Origin: Methylotenera sp.
GTDB taxonomy: Bacteria > Pseudomonadota > Gammaproteobacteria > Burkholderiales > Methylophilaceae
Assembly: GCA_030655015.1 (NCBI GenBank)
Contig: JAURWJ010000018.1
Location: 12,345 to 76,344 of the forward strand
Length of the DNA stretch: 64,000 bases
Direction: 5' to 3'
Part shown: positions 28,978 to 38,727 of the stretch, piece after piece
Layout: every line of letters starts with the position of its first letter
Position numbering within the stretch: position 1 is the first letter of the stretch
Notes under the pieces: model-generated
The model's input: the letters and a program-made list of their open reading frames with translations, nothing else
The model's database searches: none
Told to the model about the DNA's origin: nothing
Program-made: the position numbers and the translations under genes

Positions 28978-29451
28978 CTAATGTAGGGTAGGTTTTTGTT
29001 TATTAAGCAATACATCTTCAATAAATAAATATTCTTTGGTTTTATCCGGGCCAGATTTACTCGCGCCCCATGTGGTCATGAGTACGATCCAGCGCATTTC
29101 TTCGATGCTGATTTCCATCTGCGGTAAGTTCATGGCAAGCTCTAATACCAGCTCGCGCTGTGTGGTATTTAGTATGTTGGCTTGCACTAGAAATAGAATA
29201 AAACCGATGCTCTCACCTGAGATTTTTTTAAGCTCACTCTCGGTGAAAATGCGGGTATTGGCGTGGTGGGCTGCTTCAAATAACTCTGGTTTGTCGGTCA
29301 TCAGCTCTAGTTGATTAAACCAATCAAACGCGCCGTTGATATCTTCTTCATCAAAACCCGCGGCAGACAACTCTCTGGATAAGGTGTTTTCGTCAGGTCT
29401 AAATTGCGTATCAATGTAGTTTTCAAACATATAAACCAATACTTCAAACAT
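28978..29451 (-). CDS. smg: Smg (DUF494) protein
   Basis: MFEVLVYMFENY, LSAAGF; downstream of dprA. Confidence 0.9.
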   Translation of the reverse strand: MFEVLVYMFENYIDTQFRPDENTLSRELSAAGFDEEDINGAFDWFNQLELMTDKPELFEAAHHANTRIFTESELKKISGESIGFILFLVQANILNTTQRELVLELAMNLPQMEISIEEMRWIVLMTTWGASKSGPDKTKEYLFIEDVLLNKQKPTLH

Positions 29452-29520
29452 GATTTTTGTCCTTTAAATTATTTTTCTAACTTAAGTGAGATGGTTTATG
29501 CAAATTTCTAAAATTACAAA

Positions 29521-30660
29521 TTACACAAGTTTTTGATATTGACCTCCTGCCAAGCTGGCTAGTTTTCCTTCAAGTTCTAGCAACATAAGCATGGATGAAA
29601 CTTCGCCTACCGTCAAGCCGCTTATAGCCACTATTTGCTCTAAAGCGATGGGTTCGAAGCCCATTATTTTTAGGACTGCGTTGCTAGGGATTCCTTCCTC
29701 ACAATCATTGGACACATTGGTTTCAGTAACGTTTTCATTTTCTAGATGATTTAATTTATCACCAAGCTTAAGCTCTTCAACGATGTCTTGTAAGCAATCT
29801 ACTAATTTAGCGCCTTGCTTAATCAGTTGATGGCAGCCTTTAGACATTGGGGAATGAATGGAACCTGGGATAGCAAAAATTTCACGACCCTGTTCAGCAG
29901 CCATGCGTGCTGTAATTTGTGAGCCACTTTGTAAGTTGGCTTCTACTACTAAACAGCCTAAACTAAGCCCGCTGATAATGCGATTACGTTTAGGGAAATT
30001 TTGTGGTTTGGATGGCGTGCCTAATGCGAACTCAGAAACCACAAGTCCGCGTTCTACAATTTGGTGCGCCAGGTCACGATGCCGGGCGGGGTAAACAATA
30101 TCCAAGCCGGTCCCAACAACCGCAATCGTTTTACCATTAGCTTTGAGCGCACCACGATGTGCTGCGCCATCAATGCCTAGTGCCAGACCACTCACCACGC
30201 ACAAGCCGTAGCCGCATAAACCATGGGCGAAAGCCTCGGCATTTTTTTCACCTTGTACGGAAGCATTGCGACTGCCAACAATGGCGATACTCGGCTGATT
30301 GAGTAGCGCGAGGTTGCCTTTTGCATACAAAAAAGGGGGCGGGTCGGCAATTTCAAGTAACGCTTTTGGATACTCGGCATCCGCAAGCGTCACGAGGTGA
30401 TTGTTAGCTAGGGAAAGCCAGTATAAAGAATCAGCCAAGGCATCATGATTAACGCCTTGGTTGATTTCGCTAGCAATCTGATCTGAAACGACTTCTTTTA
30501 ATTGCTTCAGGCTTGCGGCATAAATATGACTAGGACTACCAAACTTGTTAAGCAACTGGCAAAAAGTTTGTGGTCCTATGCCACGAATATTGCCCAAACT
30601 AATCCACAGCGACTTTTCTAAAAGTGTCGGGTCGTAGTGGTCTTCGCTACCGCTGGCCAT
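29521..30660 (-). CDS. dprA: DNA-processing protein DprA
   Basis: AIVGSR, VSGLALGIDGAAH, FPKRNRIISGLS. Confidence 0.95.
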   Translation of the reverse strand: MASGSEDHYDPTLLEKSLWISLGNIRGIGPQTFCQLLNKFGSPSHIYAASLKQLKEVVSDQIASEINQGVNHDALADSLYWLSLANNHLVTLADAEYPKALLEIADPPPFLYAKGNLALLNQPSIAIVGSRNASVQGEKNAEAFAHGLCGYGLCVVSGLALGIDGAAHRGALKANGKTIAVVGTGLDIVYPARHRDLAHQIVERGLVVSEFALGTPSKPQNFPKRNRIISGLSLGCLVVEANLQSGSQITARMAAEQGREIFAIPGSIHSPMSKGCHQLIKQGAKLVDCLQDIVEELKLGDKLNHLENENVTETNVSNDCEEGIPSNAVLKIMGFEPIALEQIVAISGLTVGEVSSMLMLLELEGKLASLAGGQYQKLV

Positions 30661-30667
30661 TAAGCAA

Positions 30668-31834
30668 TTAAGGTGTTTTTACGGTATCTAAGGTGTTAAC
30701 CGGCTCGGATGCCTGCATGATCAAGCCATAAGATACACGATCAAATACGCGGAACACCATGAGTAAGCCTACACGTTCATCTGGCAACTTAATCATGCCA
30801 GGTTCAAGTGCCAATTCACCTGCATTTTCAGATTTTTTCTCAAAATTAACGATAGGCTTGCCGTCGGCATCACGTGATACTTCAAAGTTTAATTCTTTTA
30901 ATTTGGGTTTTGCATTGGTATTTGCTTGTTTTTGCTCATCTGATTCTCTTTGTGGTTCAGGGTCTTTAATCACGCGACCATAACGGTTAATGGCCAACAC
31001 ATGCCCCACTTCAATACCATCTGCGCTACCACGACTGATGGAGACGATGCTTTGTGGGCCAGCCTCAGCCACACCACCATAAATTTTAATAATACGGCCC
31101 GTAATTTCTGAGTCAGGAGCGCGGGGTACAAAGTTGGTGGTGACTTCATCACCGCTAGGGACTAATCTATCTTTAGTGAAAATTTCTTCTTTAACTTTGG
31201 TGATGTCAGCACTTGCGGGTTCGCCATATTTTGTGATTCTAGCATCGCCCAGGTAAGTGGCTTCTACGCCTAGAACTTCTTTGCTGTCAGGGTCAATTAA
31301 GTCATTACCTGGCCGATAAACAAACCAATTGAGTCCGTCGCTTTCTTCAATTTTATTGATATAAATACGTGTGCCAGGGCTTAAAACAACACGATTGTCT
31401 TGCCCGGCAATGATTCTTGGCGACTCGGCTAATTGGTCTTTTTCAATAATCAGTGGCTGACTCAAAAATGGTGCAATGACGTTGAGCGGTATGGTCGAAA
31501 TCGCGGTTTTATCTAAAGGCTCTATCACCGTACCCGGTTGTAATGTAATGGTTTCGCGCAGCAGTTTTAATTCTGGCTTGCCACTACTCATGTCGAGAAA
31601 AACGACATCACCGGGGTAAATTAAGTGTGGGTTTTTAATTTGGGCACGATTTAGTTGCCAAACTTTTGGCCATAACCATGGATCTTTTAGAAATTTGCCT
31701 GAAATACCCCATAAAGTATCACCTTTGACAACAACATGACGATCGGGGTGGTTAGATTTAAGTGCAACTTCTTGCGCATTGAGATGGAAGCTTAAGCAAC
31801 AAAACATCAGCAGCGTTATAATATTGCGGAACAT
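30668..31834 (-). CDS. LysM-domain protein (TsaP-like)
   Basis: HVVVKGDTLWGIS..WLWPKVW..IKNPHLIYPGD; between def and dprA. Confidence 0.88.
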   Translation of the reverse strand: MFRNIITLLMFCCLSFHLNAQEVALKSNHPDRHVVVKGDTLWGISGKFLKDPWLWPKVWQLNRAQIKNPHLIYPGDVVFLDMSSGKPELKLLRETITLQPGTVIEPLDKTAISTIPLNVIAPFLSQPLIIEKDQLAESPRIIAGQDNRVVLSPGTRIYINKIEESDGLNWFVYRPGNDLIDPDSKEVLGVEATYLGDARITKYGEPASADITKVKEEIFTKDRLVPSGDEVTTNFVPRAPDSEITGRIIKIYGGVAEAGPQSIVSISRGSADGIEVGHVLAINRYGRVIKDPEPQRESDEQKQANTNAKPKLKELNFEVSRDADGKPIVNFEKKSENAGELALEPGMIKLPDERVGLLMVFRVFDRVSYGLIMQASEPVNTLDTVKTP

Positions 31835-32029
31835 AGATTGATGACCTCAGTCAAAAATGCATTGAGAGGATATGCGATTAAAGCAAATAAAACACGCGCG
31901 CATACCGTGAATTTACGTTAAATTTAGCACGTAATTCATTCAACAATCAAGCTTTTATGGAAAAAGCCGTGGATTTATAAGAAATTTGAATTTTCACAGA
32001 TAAATAATAGATAAATATAATGAGTTTTT

Positions 32030-32530
32030 ATGGCAATTTTAGACATTCTTAACTATCCGGACCCACGTTTACATACCGTTGCCAAGCCGGTAAAAGAGGT
32101 GGATGCGGCGTTGCACCGTTTGATTGATGATATGGCGGAAACGATGTATGCCGCGCCCGGCATAGGGTTGGCAGCAACGCAAGTGAATCGGCATATACAG
32201 TTGCTGATTATTGATACCAGCGAAACTAAAGATCAGCTGCAAGTGTTTATCAATCCTAGAATCACTTCAAAAGATGGTGAGCAGGAGTATGAAGAAGGCT
32301 GCCTGTCGGTACCTGGTGTGTATGAAAATGTGACACGGGCAGAAAAAGTGACAGTTGAGGCTTTAGATGAAACCGGCAAACTATTCACGTTAGAAGCGCA
32401 TGGTCTGCTGAGCGTTTGTATCCAGCATGAGATTGACCATCTATTAGGCAAGGTGTTTGTTGAGTATTTGTCCCCCCTTAAGCGCAGCCGTATTAAAAAT
32501 AAAATGCTTAAACATCACCGCGCTATTTAA
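32030..32530 (+). CDS. def: Peptide deformylase
   Basis: [21 protein letters not shown]. Confidence 0.97.
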   Translation: MAILDILNYPDPRLHTVAKPVKEVDAALHRLIDDMAETMYAAPGIGLAATQVNRHIQLLIIDTSETKDQLQVFINPRITSKDGEQEYEEGCLSVPGVYENVTRAEKVTVEALDETGKLFTLEAHGLLSVCIQHEIDHLLGKVFVEYLSPLKRSRIKNKMLKHHRAI

Positions 32531-32595
32531 GTTCTATCCATGTCATTTACAGCGATGTAATTTACGTACATGTCATTTGTATAAAGGTCACAACA

Positions 32596-33552
32596 TTGAA
32601 CATTATTTTTGCTGGAACCCCTGAATTTGCTGTCCCCGCTTTAGCCGCGCTTATTGAAGCGGGTCATCAAATTGTGATGGTACTTACTCAGCCAGACCGC
32701 CCAGCGGGGCGTGGTATGAAGCTCAAAGCGAGTCCAGTTAAAGTGCTAGCAACACAACATGATTTGCCTGTGTTTCAGCCAGAAACTTTAAAAGATACAG
32801 CGGTGCAAGCACAAATTGCACAAGTGAATGCCGATGTGATGATTGTTGCTGCTTATGGCTTGATTATTCCGACTGTTATTTTAAATATGCCGCGTTTTGG
32901 TTGTTATAACATTCACGCCTCATTATTGCCGCGTTGGCGAGGCGCAGCACCCATCCATCGTTCAATATTGGCGGGTGACGCAGAAACCGGCGTGACTATT
33001 ATGGAGGTCGTTCCGGCCTTGGATGCGGGCGCGATGGTTTGTAAAGGTGTGGTGCCGATTACAGGTGCTGATACCACACAAACTTTACATGATGTTCTCA
33101 GTAAAATGGGCGCAGAACTAATGGTCGCAGCGATGGCAACCTTAGAAACAAACACTACGCTACCGGCCACGCCGCAAGATGAAGCTTTGGTGACGTATGC
33201 GCATAAGCTTGAAAAAGCTGAAGCTGCTATTGACTGGCAAAAAAGTGCGCATGAAATATCGCGGCAAATACGCGCTTTTAACCCGTTTCCAGTGGCGCAA
33301 AGCTATTTGCGTGGTGAGGTGTGCCGTATCTGGATGGCAACCGCTGATGTAGCGCCAACCAATTCAGGCCATGCCAGGGCGGGTGAAATTATTAGTGTGC
33401 ATGATGGAGTGCTGGTGGCGTGCGGTGAGGGCGTATTACATATTACCGAACTGCAAGCGCCGGGAGGCAAGCGTTTAAGTGCACCTGCTTTTGTACAGGG
33501 TCATCACTTACAGGCAGGTGAAGCGTTCACTGCAGTGGCTACATCGGATTGA
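32596..33552 (+). CDS. fmt: Methionyl-tRNA formyltransferase (TTG start)
   Basis: IIFAGTPEFA, TQPDRPAGRG, NIHASLLPRWRGAAP. Confidence 0.96.
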   Translation: MNIIFAGTPEFAVPALAALIEAGHQIVMVLTQPDRPAGRGMKLKASPVKVLATQHDLPVFQPETLKDTAVQAQIAQVNADVMIVAAYGLIIPTVILNMPRFGCYNIHASLLPRWRGAAPIHRSILAGDAETGVTIMEVVPALDAGAMVCKGVVPITGADTTQTLHDVLSKMGAELMVAAMATLETNTTLPATPQDEALVTYAHKLEKAEAAIDWQKSAHEISRQIRAFNPFPVAQSYLRGEVCRIWMATADVAPTNSGHARAGEIISVHDGVLVACGEGVLHITELQAPGGKRLSAPAFVQGHHLQAGEAFTAVATSD

Positions 33553-33608
33553 TTTTTTTGTAGGTTATCACCATTTTAAACTCGTTGATTGATTGCGAAG
33601 GATGAAAC

Positions 33609-34466
33609 ATGTTAGGTAACTGGTTAAAAACAACCATTTTAATGGCGGCGATTGTTGCTTTATTTGGTGCGGTAGGCGCAGCGTTGGGTGGTGCAGGTGG
33701 CATGATGATTGCGCTCATGTTAGCTGCCGCAATGAACACCTATGCTTATTGGTTTTCAGACAAAGCGGTACTGAAAATGTATGGCGCACAGGAAGTTAGC
33801 GCTGACAACAGTCAATTTCGTAGTTACTACCAAACGGTTAAACAGTTGGCTGAAAATGCGCAACTGCCGATGCCTAAAGTGTATGTGATTAACGAAAGCC
33901 AGCCGAATGCATTTGCTACCGGCCGTAACCCGGAACACGCCGCAGTTGCCGCCACGGTAGGCATTATGCAAATTTTAAGTGAGCGCGAATTGCGCGGGGT
34001 CATGGCGCATGAGTTAGCTCATGTAAAAAACCGTGACACTTTAATTTCAACGATTTCAGCAACGATGGCGGGTGCCATTGCGTCGATTGCCCAGTTCGGC
34101 ATGCTGTTTGGTGGCGGCCGTAATGGTAGCGGCGAAAGCAACCTACATACATTTATTGGCATATTGATCTTGTTTCTAGCCCATTTAGCTGCGGCGCTAA
34201 TTCAAATGGCTATTTCAAGGGCGCGTGAGTTTGAGGCGGATAAAGCAGGCGCTGAAATTAGCCGTGACCCGAACGCTTTAGCGAGCGCACTGGAGAAAAT
34301 TCATCATTATGCGCATCAGATTACCAATCAAACCGCAGAAGCGCATCCGGAAACGGGGCAAATGATGATTATCAATCCGTTATCAGGTGTTTCGTTCGAC
34401 AGCTTGTTTAGCACGCATCCAAAGACTGAGGAGCGGGTGGCGCGGTTGAGGGCGATGGTCATTTAA
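33609..34466 (+). CDS. htpX: Zinc metalloprotease HtpX
   Basis: [29 protein letters not shown]. Confidence 0.93.
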   Translation: MLGNWLKTTILMAAIVALFGAVGAALGGAGGMMIALMLAAAMNTYAYWFSDKAVLKMYGAQEVSADNSQFRSYYQTVKQLAENAQLPMPKVYVINESQPNAFATGRNPEHAAVAATVGIMQILSERELRGVMAHELAHVKNRDTLISTISATMAGAIASIAQFGMLFGGGRNGSGESNLHTFIGILILFLAHLAAALIQMAISRAREFEADKAGAEISRDPNALASALEKIHHYAHQITNQTAEAHPETGQMMIINPLSGVSFDSLFSTHPKTEERVARLRAMVI

Positions 34467-34688
34467 TGCCATGTGAAAATGAACTGACCATTACTAGGTC
34501 AATAAGTGGTCGCGCTCATGTGGGTGTCGAGGCTCAGACGATCCTCCCTGATATATCTTAACTTTTTTCACCATCACAGGCTCGGTAGCAGGCGATTGTA
34601 ACAACGCGAAGTTTCACTGTTGTAATAAGCACCCGACGCGGCGTTTATCAAGTAAAATCAAGGCTTAATCAATCTATTTTCACATTAA
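34464..34688. other. IR-bounded structured non-coding element (possible IS110/IS1111-derived miniature element or ncRNA)
   Basis: ATGTGAAAAT (34471-34480) / ATTTTCACAT (34676-34685); nested stems CGCG..GGGTG / CACCC..CGCG. Confidence 0.4.
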
Positions 34689-34699
34689 GAAAGTTTTAT

Positions 34700-36004
34700 T
34701 TGTATATTTCTCAACTTATCGCCGCTGATGCTGTGCATCAAGTGTTTTCAGGTCGTAACCTTACTTTAGCATTGCCTGCGGCGTTGTCGTTATTTCCTGC
34801 TGCTACGCCACAACAAAAAGGCGCTGCCGCAGATTTAAGCTATGGTACTCTGCGCTTTTATGGTGAAATTGATACCTATTTAAAACAGTTGTTAGAAAAA
34901 CCGCTCACCGATGAGCGTCTTCATGCGGTGTTGCTGGTGGCGCTTTATCAGTTGCTGCATGATAAAGCGGATGCATTTACTGTAGTCAATCAGGCGGTGC
35001 ATGCAGTCAGCCAGCTTAAAAGACCAATGGCCAAAAGTTGGGCCAAGGGGTTGGTGAATGCAATTTTACGTAATTTTTTACGGCAAAAAGAAGCGCTGAA
35101 TGCGCAATCAAAGACCAATGAAGTGGCGAATTATTCTTATCCGCAGTGGTGGATAAATAAACTCAAAACCCAATATCCTGATTATTGGCAAAACATATTG
35201 GCGATTGGTAATCAGCATCCGCCGATGACGCTACGTGTAAATACCCAAAAAATCAGCGCACAAGACTATTTGCAATTATTAGCGCGCCAAGAGGTTGAGG
35301 CGAACCACATTGGTGCGCAAGCTGTGGAGCTTAAAAAACCGATTGCCGTTGATAAAATCCCAGGTTTTACCGATGGTGTGGTTTCTGTGCAAGATTATGG
35401 TGCGCAGTTGGCGGCGCAGTTATTAAACGTGCAAGCCAATATGCGCGTGTTAGACGCCTGTTGTGCCCCTGGTGGTAAAACGGGGCATATTCTGGAGTTG
35501 GCCGATGCGCAAATGACCGCCTTGGATAGCGATGAAACGCGTTTGCAACGGGTGCAGAGCAATCTCGATCGATTGAATTTAAAAGCCTCGCTGTTGGTGG
35601 GTGATGCTGCATCCACTGACTGGTATGATGGCAAACCATTCGATAGAATTTTGGCTGATGTGCCGTGTACTGCATCTGGCATTGTGCGGCGCCATGTAGA
35701 TATTAAATGGTTGCGCCGAGAGTCGGATGTGGCCTCTTTTGTTGCACAACAAGCTAAAATTTTACCGAATTTATGGCAGATGTTGGCAAAAGGCGGGCAA
35801 TTGCTTTATGTGACGTGTTCTGTGTTTTACGAAGAAAATCAAGGACAGATAGATCAATTTTTAAAAAACCATACAGAAGCTACCCAGTTGCCTTTGGACG
35901 CATCACTGAACAATTCGCAGGCAAATATCACGCATATCCATGGTCAGCTTATTCCATCGAGCGCACATGACGGATTTTTTTATGCCTTATTGCAAAAAAA
36001 TTAA
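34700..36004 (+). CDS. rsmB: 16S rRNA m5C967 methyltransferase
   Basis: NusB-like N-terminus, SVQD, LDACCAPGGKT, DVPCTASG, YVTCS. Confidence 0.94.
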   Translation: MYISQLIAADAVHQVFSGRNLTLALPAALSLFPAATPQQKGAAADLSYGTLRFYGEIDTYLKQLLEKPLTDERLHAVLLVALYQLLHDKADAFTVVNQAVHAVSQLKRPMAKSWAKGLVNAILRNFLRQKEALNAQSKTNEVANYSYPQWWINKLKTQYPDYWQNILAIGNQHPPMTLRVNTQKISAQDYLQLLARQEVEANHIGAQAVELKKPIAVDKIPGFTDGVVSVQDYGAQLAAQLLNVQANMRVLDACCAPGGKTGHILELADAQMTALDSDETRLQRVQSNLDRLNLKASLLVGDAASTDWYDGKPFDRILADVPCTASGIVRRHVDIKWLRRESDVASFVAQQAKILPNLWQMLAKGGQLLYVTCSVFYEENQGQIDQFLKNHTEATQLPLDASLNNSQANITHIHGQLIPSSAHDGFFYALLQKN

Positions 36005-36551
36005 ACAGCTATTTAGCATTGTAGGTCTGGTGTTATTTGCGCATTTATCGTTTGCGGCTGGCAATAGCCTGCATATTAGAAGTGCTAATCTAATTGTGTA
36101 TGAAGATGATTATTTGCTGAATGCGGATGCTGAAATCAACGTTAGTCCCGAGATGGAAAAGGCGATTCTTAAAGGATTTACCTTTAATTTTTTGATAGAG
36201 TTTCAATTGCGCTCGCCGCGCCAGTACTGGTTTGATGATGAAATTGTCACCACAGTGCAGGAGGTGAGCTTGAGCTATCATGCGTTGACGCGACAATACA
36301 TTATTGTACGTAATGAGCAACAAAGGAATTATGCGAGTTTGGATGAAGCCATCGAGGACTTGTCGATTATCCAGGATTTAAAAGTATTTCAAAAATCTCA
36401 TGTTGAGAAAGGTGAGCGCTATCAGGCGCTGTTGCTGATGCGTCTGGACCATAAAAAACTACCCAAAGCCTTGCAGGTGGAGGCGATGGGCGCTGATGAT
36501 TGGACGATGACATCGCAGCGTTTTGCATGGTCACCCAACTTATTTAAATGA
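35982..36551 (+). CDS. DUF4390 periplasmic protein (NtrZ-like)
   Basis: LSYHALTRQY, RLDHKKLPKALQ; between rsmB and the sensor kinase. Confidence 0.82.
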   Translation: MPYCKKIKQLFSIVGLVLFAHLSFAAGNSLHIRSANLIVYEDDYLLNADAEINVSPEMEKAILKGFTFNFLIEFQLRSPRQYWFDDEIVTTVQEVSLSYHALTRQYIIVRNEQQRNYASLDEAIEDLSIIQDLKVFQKSHVEKGERYQALLLMRLDHKKLPKALQVEAMGADDWTMTSQRFAWSPNLFK

Positions 36552-38686
36552 AATACATCGTACTCACCAGTGCTGTACTAGGCGCGTTGTTGCTATATTT
36601 GCTATCAAATGCGAGTGCAAATACTGCGGCATCGGGAGAATATTACTCGCTGTTAGTTGCATTAAATATTACATTGGCAGTGTTGCTGATTACGCTGATT
36701 GCGGTTCAGCTTTTTAACTTATATCGTAATATCCGTGAGCGTGTCATGGGCAGCCGCTTTACGCTACGTCTGTTAGGCTCATTCGCGCTGATGGCTTTTA
36801 TTCCAGGGTTAATTGTTTATGTGGTATCGGTAAATTTCCTAACGCGCTCGATTGAGTCATGGTTCAACGTCAAAGTGGAGTCAGCACTTGAGGGTGGTTT
36901 AAATCTAGGGCGAACCGCTTTAGATATTATGCTGGCCGATGTGAAAGAAAAAGGCGAGAGCATGGCCACTAGCCTCGCTTTTCAGCCGGCAAATACGCAC
37001 TTTGCCATGTTGAATGATTTACGTGAAAAAAGCGGCATTCAAGATGTGACCCTGCTGACGCCGCAAGGTAGAATTTTAGCGGTTTCCAGCAGTGATTCTA
37101 CGAGCTTTTTACCTGAGCTCCCCAGCGTGACGCAGTTAAGACAGGCGCGCCTGCGCATTTATGGCAACATTGAACCGATTGCAGGTAAAGGCCTATATTT
37201 GCGCGTATTAGCGCCTATAAGTGTGCAAGCCATCGCAGGTGAAACGCGAATTTTACAGTTATTACAACCTGTGCCCAGGTCTTTGGCAACCACGGCAGAG
37301 GCGGTGCAAGATGTGTATCAAGACTATCAACAGTTATCTTACAGTCGCACAGCATTGAGAGAGGTGTTTGCACTCACATTAACCTTGGTAATGATGTTGG
37401 CTATGCTCACAGCAGTAGCCATTGCCTTTGTGCTAAGTCGCAAGTTATCTGCACCACTAACGGTGTTGGCAGAAGGTACCAAAGCGATTGCCAGTGGCGA
37501 TTACAGCACTATGCTGCCAGCACATGGTAAAGATGAATTAGGGGTGTTGGTGCAGTCTTTTAACAGCATGACGCAGCAACTAGGCGATGCCACTAAAGCC
37601 GCAGATAGAAACCGTGCGCGGGTTGAGGCGGCGCGCGGTTATTTAGAAACCATATTGGCGCATTTATCTTCAGGCGTGCTGGCACTTAACGAACGAGGGG
37701 AGTTGCGTACCTTTAATGAAGCCACCGTTAATATATTGGGCGTTTCACTAGAAGGGTATGTGGGTTTTACGCCTGATAAAATTATCGCTAAACAGGCACA
37801 GCTTGCTAATTTTTTTGAAGCGATTGCCATTAATAGCCAACAAGATGCAAGTAGTCGAAACGGGCAAAAAGAGGATGCACAGACGCAAGTTGAACTAGCG
37901 ACTGCGCAGGGCAAGCAGATTATTACGCTACGGGGCACCCGCTTGCCAGATGGTGGTTATGTAGCGGTATTTGACGATGCGACTGCCATGGTGCAAGCGC
38001 AGCGTGATGCCGCGTGGGGTGAGGTGGCAAGGCGCTTGGCGCATGAAATTAAAAATCCGCTCACACCGATACAGCTGTCGGCAGAGCGCATGGCGCATAA
38101 ATTGCTCAATAAATTAGATGTGGCCGATGCTGAAATGTTAAAACGCTCAACGGCAACCATTGTGAATCAAGTCGATGCTTTAAAAAAAATGGTGAACGAA
38201 TTTAGTGAGTATGCGCGCTCGCCAGCACCACATTTAGATAAACTGGATTTAAATGCATTGATTCGAGAGGTCGTGTCACTTTATGATTTGCCAAAAATTA
38301 AAATAGAATTGTCACTCGCAACACAAGCTTGTACGATTAGAGGCGATAGCACCATGTTGCGCCAAGTGCTACACAACTTGCTGCAAAATGCACAAGATGC
38401 GCTTACAACAGCGTTACCTTCCGTGATTGTGGTAAAAACCGCGATAGTGGATCACTTACTGGTGCTGACTGTGCGAGATAATGGCACTGGTTTTTCTGCA
38501 GACATTATGGCGCACATTTTTGAACCTTACATGACCACTAAACCTCATGGAACAGGGCTAGGCTTAGCGATTGTGAAAAAAATCATTGAAGAGCACAAAG
38601 GCAGTATTAAAATTGACAATGCATCGTATTTTGATGCAAATGAAACCGGGGCAATAGTGACCATTAGCATTCCACTTTTGAGTTAA
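36548..38686 (+). CDS. ntrY: NtrY-like HAMP/PAS histidine kinase
   Basis: AWGEVARRLAHEIKNPLTPIQLSAER; GTGLGLAIV. Confidence 0.88.
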   Translation: MKYIVLTSAVLGALLLYLLSNASANTAASGEYYSLLVALNITLAVLLITLIAVQLFNLYRNIRERVMGSRFTLRLLGSFALMAFIPGLIVYVVSVNFLTRSIESWFNVKVESALEGGLNLGRTALDIMLADVKEKGESMATSLAFQPANTHFAMLNDLREKSGIQDVTLLTPQGRILAVSSSDSTSFLPELPSVTQLRQARLRIYGNIEPIAGKGLYLRVLAPISVQAIAGETRILQLLQPVPRSLATTAEAVQDVYQDYQQLSYSRTALREVFALTLTLVMMLAMLTAVAIAFVLSRKLSAPLTVLAEGTKAIASGDYSTMLPAHGKDELGVLVQSFNSMTQQLGDATKAADRNRARVEAARGYLETILAHLSSGVLALNERGELRTFNEATVNILGVSLEGYVGFTPDKIIAKQAQLANFFEAIAINSQQDASSRNGQKEDAQTQVELATAQGKQIITLRGTRLPDGGYVAVFDDATAMVQAQRDAAWGEVARRLAHEIKNPLTPIQLSAERMAHKLLNKLDVADAEMLKRSTATIVNQVDALKKMVNEFSEYARSPAPHLDKLDLNALIREVVSLYDLPKIKIELSLATQACTIRGDSTMLRQVLHNLLQNAQDALTTALPSVIVVKTAIVDHLLVLTVRDNGTGFSADIMAHIFEPYMTTKPHGTGLGLAIVKKIIEEHKGSIKIDNASYFDANETGAIVTISIPLLS

Positions 38687-38727
38687 GCTAAAGCTTTTAA
38701 TACCAAATTGATAGATAGAAAAACAGC

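Noticed and set aside
34141-34190. HtpX LAHLAA where LAPLAA might be expected
   Set aside because: Cannot be judged without an alignment; the catalytic HELAH is intact; may be natural variation or a base error
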